A DNA stretch of 64,000 bases from Chrysiogenales bacterium (GTDB lineage Bacteria > Acidobacteriota > Aminicenantia > UBA2199), in contig CAVOXU010000002.1 in assembly GCA_963700535.1 (NCBI GenBank), positions 18,063 to 82,062 of the forward strand, read 5' to 3'. Below, piece by piece: positions 54,878-64,000 of the stretch (positions within the stretch are counted from its first letter, which is position 1; the number at the start of each line of letters is the position of its first letter). Below the pieces are notes generated by a model. It was not told the DNA's origin. It worked only from the letters and a program-made list of their open reading frames with translations, and did no database searches. The translations under genes were made by a program, and so were the position numbers.

Positions 54878-57565
54878 ATGCCCGAAAACATTCTCCTCAT
54901 CGACGGCATGTACCTGGTTTTCAGTTCATTCTACTCCCACCATGCCATGCGCACCCGCAAGGGTGAGCCCACCGGGGCCATTTTCGGCTTCATCAGCCGG
55001 ATGGAAAGCCTGATCCATGAACTGCAACCCCAGCGACTGGTAGTGGCCTTTGATTCCAAGGAAAAGAATTTCCGCCGTGACCTGTATCCCGCATACAAGG
55101 CCAAGCGCCTGCAGCCTCCGGAAGAACTGATCCAGCAGCTGCCGGCCATCCGCGAATACCTGACCTGCCGCGGCATCCATTTTTTGGAAAAACCGGGTCT
55201 GGAAGCCGACGATATCATTGCCTTGCTGGCCCGGCGTTTCGCCGCCGCCGGCAGCGAAGTGCTGATCTTCAGCGCCGACAAGGACCTGTTTCAATTGGTG
55301 GCGGAGCGGATATTCATTTTTCACCCCAAGCTGAAAAGAAAACTTGACCGCGGCGATGTCAAGGAATTCTTCGGGGTTTTTCCCGAGCAGATCGTCGACT
55401 ACCTGGCCCTGGCCGGAGACGCTTCAGACAATATTCCCGGCATCCCGGGCATCGGCGATAAAACCGCGACAAAACTGATCGAAAAGTTCGGCAGCCTGGC
55501 GGCCATGCTTGCAGGACTCGACCAGGTCGAAGCCAAGTTGCAGGAAAAGATCAGGGCCAATATCCATCTTTTCGAGCTGTGGCAGCGCTTGATCGATTTT
55601 TCCAAAATCCCGGCCGTGGATCTTGACCTGCAGGTGCCTCCATTTGTTGGCAGTGCCGCAGAGCCCCTGATTGAGCTGTACCGCCGCTTCCAGTTCAACA
55701 GTTTGCTGAAAAAAATGGACGCCGCTCCCCTGGCAGCCGATGCAGAACCTGCCATAGCCGCCCGCCTGGTCGAGAATCCCGCCCAGCTTAAAGAACTCGC
55801 CGGAAAAATAAAAGCGGCCGGAAGTTTCGCCTGGGATATCGAGACCACGGCGATCGAATTTTTCAGGGCCGGGCTTGTCGGCCTTTCGGTTTTCGTAGAC
55901 GGCGCCGGGTATTACGTTCCTTTTTTGGTTCCCAAGACGGCTGCGGCGCGTTTCCGTTTGACCTTAACGGATTTTCAAAATGAAATGGCCGGGCTTTTTC
56001 ATGACGCCAGGATAAAGAAAACCGGGCACAACCTGAAGTTCGACATGCTGCACCTGCGGCGCGAGGGCATACCGGCCGCCGGCATCGAGCACGACACCAT
56101 GATCATGTCCTATCTTCTTTTTCCCAACCGCCGATCCCACCAGTTAAAGGAATTGAGCGCCGAATTCCTGGGGGTCAGACAGACAACTTATGATGAATTG
56201 GTCGGCAAGGGAAAAAGCCGGGTCAAGATCACTGAAGTGGATGTGGAACAGGTTGGCAGCTACTGCGTGGCCGATTCCCGTAGTTCCTGGCAATTGGTGG
56301 AGAAACTGCTGCCGATGCTGCGGGACAAACAACTGCTGGATCTTTATCGTGAGATCGAAATTCCGCTGCTCCACGTTCTGCTGAACATGGAATGGCACGG
56401 CATCGGCATCGACCGCGCTTTCCTGAATAAGGCTGCCACTCGGTTGCAGGAACAGATCGCTGCGACCGAAAAAGAGGTCCAGGAACTGGCGGGCTACGAA
56501 TTCAATCTGAACTCCTCCCAGCAACTGGCCGAACTGCTCTTTGAAAAAATGAAACTGCCGCTCAGTAAAAAAACCCGCAAGACCAAGGTCCAATCCACCG
56601 ACATTGACGTGCTTAACGAGTTGAAGGGCTTTCCCATCGTCGAAAAGCTGATCGCCTACCGGACTTATAAAAAGCTGCATTCCACCTACGTCCAGGGCCT
56701 TCTGGAAAATCACGATGAAAATGACCGTGTTCATACATCGTTCAACCAAACGGTCACGGCCACCGGCCGCCTCTCTTCGTCCAATCCCAACCTGCAGAAC
56801 ATCCCGGTTGGTGAGATCGCCGGGCTCAACCTGAGGCGGGCATTTGTCGCCGCCAGGGACAGGCTGCTGCTGTCGGCCGATTATTCCCAGATCGAACTGC
56901 GTGTCATGGCCCATTTTTCCGGGGATGCAAACCTGCTGCAGGCTTTTGTCGATGGCATGGACATCCACCAGCACACCGCTGACCTGGTCTTCGCCGCTGA
57001 TCTCTTTTCGCCGCGGGCCGAGTTGCGCCGGCGTGCCAAGATCATCAATTTTTCGATCATTTACGGCAGCGGCGCCTATTCCCTGGCCAGGGAGTTGGGT
57101 GTGAGCTTCGCCAAGGCCAAGGAATTCATCGACAGTTACTTTGAAAAATACAGCGGCGTCAGGCTCTTCATGGACAAAGTAATCGCCGCTGCCGAGAAGG
57201 ATCCCGAAGTGAGGACCATTTCCGGGCGCGTCCGTCCCATTCCCGAAATTTTAAGCTCCAACCGCACGGTCAAGGAGAATGGCAACCGCATGGCCATCAA
57301 CACCATCATCCAGGGCAGCGCCGCCGATATCATCAAGATCGCCATGATCCGCATCCAGGGGCACCTGCGCTCCATGCAGAGCCGCCTGATCCTGCAGGTG
57401 CACGATGAACTGGTTTTTGAGTATCCTTCCGAGGAAGAAAAAAAGTTGATCGCATTGGTTACAGGGGAAATGGAAAATGCCCTGAAATTGAAGGTGCCGC
57501 TGCAGATCAGTTTGAAAAAGGGTCTGAACTGGGCCGATATGGAGGAGATCACAGCGCAGCCATGA
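54878..57565 (+). CDS. polA: DNA polymerase I (5'-3' exonuclease, 3'-5' exonuclease-like and polymerase domains)
   Basis: 895 aa with the 5' nuclease ..LLIDGMYLVF..; polymerase motif A ..LLSADYSQIELRVMAH.., motif B ..RRRAKIINFSIIYG.., and motif C ..LQVHDELVFE. Confidence 0.97.
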   Translation: MPENILLIDGMYLVFSSFYSHHAMRTRKGEPTGAIFGFISRMESLIHELQPQRLVVAFDSKEKNFRRDLYPAYKAKRLQPPEELIQQLPAIREYLTCRGIHFLEKPGLEADDIIALLARRFAAAGSEVLIFSADKDLFQLVAERIFIFHPKLKRKLDRGDVKEFFGVFPEQIVDYLALAGDASDNIPGIPGIGDKTATKLIEKFGSLAAMLAGLDQVEAKLQEKIRANIHLFELWQRLIDFSKIPAVDLDLQVPPFVGSAAEPLIELYRRFQFNSLLKKMDAAPLAADAEPAIAARLVENPAQLKELAGKIKAAGSFAWDIETTAIEFFRAGLVGLSVFVDGAGYYVPFLVPKTAAARFRLTLTDFQNEMAGLFHDARIKKTGHNLKFDMLHLRREGIPAAGIEHDTMIMSYLLFPNRRSHQLKELSAEFLGVRQTTYDELVGKGKSRVKITEVDVEQVGSYCVADSRSSWQLVEKLLPMLRDKQLLDLYREIEIPLLHVLLNMEWHGIGIDRAFLNKAATRLQEQIAATEKEVQELAGYEFNLNSSQQLAELLFEKMKLPLSKKTRKTKVQSTDIDVLNELKGFPIVEKLIAYRTYKKLHSTYVQGLLENHDENDRVHTSFNQTVTATGRLSSSNPNLQNIPVGEIAGLNLRRAFVAARDRLLLSADYSQIELRVMAHFSGDANLLQAFVDGMDIHQHTADLVFAADLFSPRAELRRRAKIINFSIIYGSGAYSLARELGVSFAKAKEFIDSYFEKYSGVRLFMDKVIAAAEKDPEVRTISGRVRPIPEILSSNRTVKENGNRMAINTIIQGSAADIIKIAMIRIQGHLRSMQSRLILQVHDELVFEYPSEEEKKLIALVTGEMENALKLKVPLQISLKKGLNWADMEEITAQP

Positions 57566-59338
57566 AGGAAATCGATGCCGGGAAGTTCAAGGATATCTGC
57601 AAGCGCGGCATGGAGAACCTGTTCCAGGACCGCGCTCCTGCTCAACAAGATCAATGTTTTTCCGGTTGCCGACGGCGACACCGGCGACAACCTGACCCAT
57701 ACCCTGAGGCCTGTTTACGAGCAGATCGACGAGATGAGCGAGCCGCGACTGGATGACCTGGCCGCCCGGCTGGCGGCGGGAATGCTGATGTCGGCCAAAG
57801 GCAATTCCGGGGTGATCTTTTCGCAGTTTTTCTTCAGTTTCGCCAAGGCTCTGAAGGGCAAGGCCACCATCGGACCGGCCGATTTCAGCCTGGCCATGGA
57901 AAAGGCCGTGAACGAAACCTACGCTTCCATCGCCCAGCCCAAGGAAGGGACCATCCTTACCGTACTGCGCCACAGCGCCGAGGAATTCAAGCGCCTGGCC
58001 ATGGAAGGCGAATTGTATCAAGTGATCTTTGAAAAAGTGATCATCAAGGCCAAGGAAATCCTGGAAAAGACCCGCGATATCCTGCCGCAACTGAAGAAGG
58101 CCAAGGTGGTCGATGCCGGCGGATTGGGATTCTTCCTTTTCTTCAAGGGCATGGCCGCCGCGGTCCAGGGCGGGCGGGAAGATGCGCCCGGAACCGACAG
58201 CGTGGCTTTTGACCAGGTTCCGCAAGCAGTGGAGGCGTCCGAGCGGGCCTATTGCGCCGAATGGGTGTTCCGGCCGCGCGGCCGCGGCAAGGATTTTTTC
58301 ATGGCGCAGCTGAAAAAATGGGGCGATTCGCTGCTCATCGCCGGGGACGCCGACATGCTGCATCTCCATATTCATACCGACAGCCCCGAAAGCGTGGAAA
58401 AAGAATTGCACGGACATGGTGAAATCGTTTCCCGCAAGGTCGACTCGTTGCGGGAACCGCAAGCCCGTTGTCCTGAAATCGACGTCGCCCTGATCATGGA
58501 TTCGGCGGTGGACATTCCCGAACAGACGGAGAAATCCCTGGGCATCACCATCGTGCCCCTGCAGATCCTGCTTAACGATCGCTATTGCCGCGACCGCTTC
58601 GAGATCGGCAAGGAGGAGCTCTACCGCCGCATGCGCAGTGAAAAGGACCTGGTGGTCAAAACTTCGCAGCCGGTGCCGCTCGATTTCAAGACCGCTTTCG
58701 AATCGGCCCTGGCCCGCAAGAGACAGGTACTTTTTTTCAGCCTGTCGTCGCGCTTGAGCGGCTCATATCAAAACGCGCTGGCGTCGCTGCGCTCTCTGCC
58801 TGCCGCCGATCAGGCCAGGATCCGCATCATCGATACAGGCAATGTTTCGGCCGGCAGCGGCCTGCTGCTCGGCAGCGCCGTGCAGCTCCTGCAACAGGGG
58901 CGGGACCTGGACCAGACCGTTGCCGAGATCGAATCACGGCGCCGGGAGGTCGTGTCCCTGGGTTATGTCGAATCCCTGGAATACGCCGTGCGCGGCGGCC
59001 GTTTGCCCCCCTTGGCCGGCTCCCTGACCCGCCTTTTGGGGATCAAGCCTCTGGTGGCCTTTGAGAACGGGGTGCTGGTGAAAAAGGGGATGCTGTTCAG
59101 CGACAGGAACAAGGAAAAAAAAGTTGTGCAGCGTTTCCTGAAAAAACTTGACCTGGTCAAGTCCTATTCCGTGGGCGTGGTGTACACTGACAACCCGCAG
59201 GCGGCCTTGCTGCTCGAAGACGAACTGGCCAGATCGCCGCTGAAGATCTCGTCCATCTACCAGGTCGTTGGCGCGGCCGTTCTCGGCGCCCATGCCGGCC
59301 CGGGAACGTTTTGCCTGTTCGCTCTGGCGGACAGCTGA
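57562..59338 (+). pseudogene. Dak2 (FakA-like kinase N-terminal and middle domains) fused to a DegV (FakB-like fatty-acid-binding) domain; one N-terminal frameshift
   Basis: The first 25 codons MKEIDAGKFKDICKRGMENLFQDR (57562 frame, ATGA overlap with polA) continue in the 57575 frame as LLLNKINVFPVADGDTGDNL (Dak2 signature). The middle region is ..GDSLLIAGDADMLHLHIHTDSPE.. The C-terminal DegV is ..ALIMDSAVDIPE..TSQP..LSSRLSGSYQNA..IDTGNVSAG..GGRL..LGIKPL..GAHAGPG. Shift at about 57631-57636. Confidence 0.8.
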
Positions 59339-59360
59339 TCCGCCGGCCGCGGGAGGAAGC

Positions 59361-60311
59361 ATGGAAGAAAAGATAAGCTGGGCATCAGCTCCTGCCTGCT
59401 GGGCAACAAGGTGCGTTATGACGGTGGCCACAAGTTCGACCCGTTCCTGGTCAACACCCTCGGACAATTCGTAGCAGTACGTACCGGTCTGCCCCGAGGT
59501 GGAATCGGGATTTCCTGGTGCCCCGTGAAGCGTTCCGCCTGATCGGCGACCCGGCAGCGCCGCGGCTGATCACCCGCCAGGGCGGGGTCGACGCCACGCG
59601 CAGATGGAACGCTGGATAGAAGAGAAGCTGCCGCAGCTGGAAAAAGAGGAGTTGTGCGGCTTCATTTTCAAGAGCCAATCCCCCTCCAGCGGCATGGAGC
59701 GGGTCAAGGTCTACAATGAAAAAGGCCTGGCCGAAAAGAAAGGGACGGGAATTTTCGCCCGGGCCCTTATGGAGCGTTTGCCGCTGCTGCCGGTGGAAGA
59801 GGAAGGCCGCCTGCAGGATATCCAGCTCCGCGAAAACTTCATCGTGCGCATCTTTGTCTACCGCCGCTGGCGCGAATTGCTGGCCGGCGGGATCGCAAGC
59901 GGGCGCCTGGTCGATTTCCAGCGCCGTCACAAATTGCTGCTCATGGCCCACAGCCCTGAAATGGCCCGGCAGCTCGGCAGGCTGGTGGCGGGCACCGGAA
60001 CGCGTCCGGCCGCCGAGGTCTTCCCCGAGTACGAAAAACTGCTCATGACCGCCCTCAAGCAGAAGGCCACCGTGCGCAAGAACGTCAACGTGCTGCAGCA
60101 CATGTTCGGCTATTTCAAAAAACAGCTCGACGGTTTTGAAAAGAAGGAATTGCTGGCTGCCATCGAAAACTACCGCCAGAACCTTGTGCCGCTGATCGTG
60201 CCGCTGACATTATTGAAGCATTACATCGACAAGTTCCAGCAGCCTTACCTGAGCGAGCAATATTATCTCGATCCCCATCCCCTGGAACTGAAACTGCGCA
60301 ATCACGCCTAG
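59361..60311 (+). pseudogene. DUF523-DUF1722 (YbgA-like) protein; N-terminal DUF523 part broken by four or more frame changes
   Basis: Stitching three frames across 59361-59610 gives MEEKIKLGISSCLLGNKVRYDGGHKFDPFLVNTLGQFV.YVPVCPEVESGFP..PREAFRLIGDPAAPRLITRQGGVDATRRMERW.. This continues into the intact ORF 59604..60311 (DUF1722-type C-terminus). GGGAGGA RBS. Confidence 0.7.
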
Positions 60312-60525
60312 GGGCGGCCTGCGTCATCGCAAAGGCAAGGTGGGCGAGGGTCCCCCCAGGCCGGGATACGCGTGAACCGCCTTTCAAAAATAAATTCTCT
60401 ATGAAATAAAGCAAAGCGCATGCCGAAAGCAAAGATATTCATCCTTAAGCGGATGCTTTGCGACGGAAACAGTGCTTGTTATTTTCAAGCCAATCCCATA
60501 AAATGGAAAACGGAGGTACTCCATC

Positions 60526-63500
60526 ATGAAGGCAAAAAAAACAGCTTTGATTTTGATGCTTATGTCGATCGCCGCCTGGGCCTTTGCGGCCGAGGCGCGC
60601 TTCATGACCTATCCCGATATCCATGGCGACAAGATCGTTTTCACCTATGAAGGGGATCTCTGGCTGGCGACCGGCAGCGGCGGACCGGCCACGCGCCTGA
60701 CCAGCTTTCCCGGCGACGAGTACGCGGCCAAGTTCTCCCCGGACGGCCAATGGATCGCCTTTACCGGCAGCTATGACGGCCAGCCCGCCGTCTACCTGAT
60801 GCCGGCCTGCGGCGGCGAGCCCAAGCGGCTCACTTATCAGCCGGGAAGTATCCAAACCGTGGCCTGGACACCTGACGGCCAGCGCATCGTCTTTCGCTCC
60901 AACCTCGAACAGTTCATTACCCGCGATCCCAAGCTGTTTTGGGTCAGAATAGATGGCACGGCCGCTGAGCGGTTGCCGGTCGACCGCGGCACGCTGTGCA
61001 GCTTTGCCGCCGACGGCGGCGAAATGCTCTACAATCGCCGCGGCAACGAAGAATATCAGTGGAAGCGCTATAAAGGCGGACAGCATACCGATATTTGGCG
61101 CTACAATTTTACCAGTCGAAAATTCACTGCGATTTCCGATTATGTCGGTAAAAACGCCTACCCCATGTGGATCGGCAACACCATGTACTTCGTATCCGAT
61201 CGCGGTGCCGGCGGGGTCGCCAATCTATTTTGCCAGGACCTCGAGACCGGGATCGTGACCCAGGTTACGCGCCATGAAAAATATGACGTGATGATGCCTG
61301 ATAGCGACGGTGAGCGCATCATTTACGTGCAGGACGGTTATTTGCACCTGCTGGAAGTCAAGGGCGGATCGACCAAAAAAGCCGCGATCAACCTGCCCAG
61401 CGACCGCTGGCGTATGCGTGACCGCTGGCTTGATCCCAGGGAATATATCCAGGGCATGGATGTGGGCGGCGACGGCAGAACAGCGCTGCTGGAAGCCCGC
61501 GGCGATCTCTTTCTGCTGCCGGTCAAGTCCGGACAGACGCGCAACCTGTCGCAGACGCCGGGCTCGCGGGAGATCTACCCGCGCCTTTCGCCAGATGGGC
61601 AATGGCTCTCCTTTTTTTCCGACAAGAGCGGCGAATACCAGCTCTACAAGCAAAAGACGACCGGCGGCGAATGGCAGCAGCTGACCAGCACCCTCGACCG
61701 CGCCGTCTATCGCCAGGCCTGGTCGCCCGACGGCAAAAAGATCCTTTTTGGCAACAAGGAAATGGCCCTCTATTGGCTCGATGTGGAAAAAAAGCAGTTG
61801 ACGCCGATCGACGCGGTTCCGCAGTTGAAAAACGACGAGTTCAGCTGGGAGATCGACGATTACGGCTGGTCGCCGGACAGCCTCTGGGTCTGCTACACCA
61901 TGGTGGCCTACAACCGCAACAGCCAGGTTTTTCTCTATAGCCTGGAGCAAAAAAAGAAATTTGCCGTGACCGACGATTTCTACAACAACCTCAATCCCTG
62001 CTTCGACGGCAACGGCGATTATCTCTACTACCTCTCCAGTCGCAATTTCGACATCACCATGGATTTCTACGAGGACAACCACGTAATTGCCAATCCCTAC
62101 AAGGTGATGGCGGTGCAATTGCAGGGCGGGCAAAAACCGCCCTTTGCCGAGGGCGAAATGGATATGGCCGAGTCCAAAAAGGAAAAAACTGAAACCGGCA
62201 AGGCCTCCATCCCGGCCCAAGCCAAGCGCATAAAAATCGATCTGCAAGGCCTGGCCATGCGCACCTTTGCCCTGCCGGTTGCGGCCGGAAACTACTTTTT
62301 CCTGCGCGCCGGCCGGGGCAAGGTGCTCTGGTGCTCGGTGCCGGTGTTCAGCGAGGACGAATACGAGGAGATCTTCAAGCCGGGGCGCGACAGCAAGTGG
62401 CAGCTGCACAGCTTTGACATGCAAGAAAAAAAGGAGACGGTGCTGGCGGACAAGATCCGTGACTACGCCCTTTCGGTGAACGGCGAACAGATAATATTGA
62501 ACCGGGAAAGGGATTTCTTCATTGCCGGGCTCGCCGACCTCCTGGACGCCCAGAAACTGGCCGGCGATAGATATCCATAAACTGAATCTCGACGGCATGC
62601 TTTATTACATGGACACCCTGGCCGAATGGAAGCAGATTTTTTCCGACACCTGGCGCTGGTACCGTGATTTTTTCTATGACGCCGGCATGCACGGACAGGA
62701 CTGGAAGGATGTCGGCGATCGCTACCGCTCCATGATCCCGGAGCTCAGCTCGCGCGCCGGCCTCAATTGGCTGATGTCGCAGATGGTCGGTGAGTTGTGT
62801 GTCGGCCATGCCTACATCGGCGGCGGTGACATGGGGCCCCTGGCTCTGCCTGAAACTCCTGTTTACACGGGACGCCTGGGTGCGGATCTGCTGTATGATG
62901 CTGCGGCCGGTTTTTTCCGATTTGAAAAGATCTATGGCCCCAGCGAGTACAACCTGGAGCTCAAGTCGCCACTGGTCAGGCCCGATATCCTGGTCAGGGA
63001 GGGGGACTACCTGATCGCCATCAACGGCAGCACCCTGCAGAAAAACGAGGATTATAACCGGCACCTGCAGGTGACGCGACGGCCAGAAGCTGTCGATCAC
63101 CGTCAACGCGGCACCGACCATGCAAAATGCCCGGACCTACGAGATCGAGCCCGTGCGCAGCGACCGTGCTTTGCGCTACAACCGCTGGCTTACCGAGAAC
63201 ATCCGCAAGGTGCTGAAAGCAACGGACAACCGCGTCGGTTACATGCACATCAACAATATGGGCTCCCGGGGTATCGGCGAATTCGACAAGTTCTGGCGCG
63301 CTTTCCGCAACCTCGACGGCATTATCATCGACGTGCGCCGCAACTCGGGCGGCTGGACCGAATATTTCCTCATCGACAAGCTGGAACGCCAGCAGGTGGG
63401 CTTCAACGTGCTGCGCGGCATGAAGCCTTTCCGCTACCCGGGCAGCGTCGGTCCGCAATGCTATGTCGCAGTGTCCAACGAGGACAACGGTTCCGACGGC

Positions 63501-63833
63501 GAGGCCTTCATCCAGCATTTTCAGGATCGCCATCTGGGCCCGGTGGTCGGTGTGCCTTCCTGGGGCGGCCTGGTCGGCATCATCAACGGCCAGCGGACCG
63601 TTGACAACGGCAGAGTTCATCAGCCCAACAACGCTTTTTACGGCCAAACTGGCCAGTGGTGGGTGGAAAACAAGGGTGCCATTCCTGACATCATCATCGA
63701 CAACGATCCCGCTTCGGTCATGGCCGGACTCGACCTGCAGCTGGACAAAGCCATCGCCACGATACTGGCCGCGATCGAAAAAAACACGAAAAACAAGTTC
63801 CCGCCGCAGCCGGCGTATCCGGACAAGAAATAA
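60526..63833 (+). pseudogene. Tricorn-protease-like S41 peptidase (beta-propellers plus PDZ plus C-terminal peptidase), two frameshifts
   Basis: Fragments 60526..62580, 62522..63604 and 63120..63833. Signal peptide; ..YPDIHGDKIVFTYEGDLW.. start typical of tricorn homologs. The S41 core is ..GYMHINNMGSRG..IIIDVRRNSGGW..VSNEDNGSDGEAF. Shifts at about 62560-62568 and about 63068-63078. Confidence 0.85.
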
Positions 63834-63852
63834 CGCGTTATTGAATGAGTAG

Positions 63853-63918
63853 GGGCGTATAAACATACGCCCTAAAGATCTATTGTCGTGATATCGGGGG
63901 CGAATAGTTATTCGCCCC
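63853..63918. repeat. Two related GC-rich palindromes (REP-like), the second followed by a T-run (possible terminator)
   Basis: GGGCGTAT-aaac-ATACGCCC (63853-63872) and GGGGCGAATA-gt-TATTCGCCCC (63897-63918), then TACCGTTTTAT. Both share a (T)AGGGGCG..ATA core. Confidence 0.5.
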
Positions 63919-64000
63919 TACCGTTTTATCGCCGGGGGAACCAGGGGAAAAAGACAGGGGTCCTTTTCTTGTATGCCTCGAAATCGGGGCGGCCGCTGTA

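Overview
This is a 64-kb chromosomal segment from a diderm bacterium, moderately GC-rich (mid-50s % by eye, not computed). Two tandem ADOP/MacB-type permease paralogs behind a PadR regulator suggest an Acidobacteriota-like, probably uncultivated lineage; this is inference only.

Gene content, in order:
- PadR plus two FtsX-type permeases (0-6 kb).
- Envelope proteins.
- An orphan sigma54 enhancer-binding protein next to an islet of small membrane and stress proteins (BON, lmo0937-type, OmpA-like, GlsB/YeaQ, M48 peptidase).
- Two SDR epimerases.
- tRNA-Ala.
- A cytoplasmic PAS/GAF HisKA_3 kinase plus a LuxR-type response regulator, bracketed by short tandem heptamer arrays.
- Amidase, HtrA, dapF.
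- The core blocks nusA-infB-DUF503-rbfA-nrnA-truB and HU-tRNA(Val)-thrS-infC-rpmI-rplT-pheS-pheT-zapB/zapA-rny-ymdB.
- A ParE/RHH toxin-antitoxin pair.
- A phosphonate cluster: cytidylyltransferase-PEP mutase fusion, phosphonopyruvate decarboxylase, Fe-ADH, CDP-alcohol phosphotransferase and a flippase-like protein.
- xseA-xseB-ispA-dxs, polA, a Dak2-DegV fusion, a DUF523/DUF1722 gene and a tricorn-like protease.

I recognised no rRNA, CRISPR array, transposase, integrase or phage genes.

About 25 single-base indels disrupt 11 genes. They cluster at 0-0.7 kb, 19.9-20.9 kb and 45.5-63.1 kb, whereas 21-45.5 kb is intact. Many sit in homopolymers, so sequence error cannot be separated from true pseudogenisation without reads.

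The most interesting items are the predicted hydroxyethylphosphonate head-group pathway, the STRR-like heptanucleotide repeat arrays, the sigma54 circuit (an EBP with Glu at the phospho-acceptor position, divergent -24/-12 promoters and a shared upstream repeat), and a single-chain FakA-FakB-like fusion.
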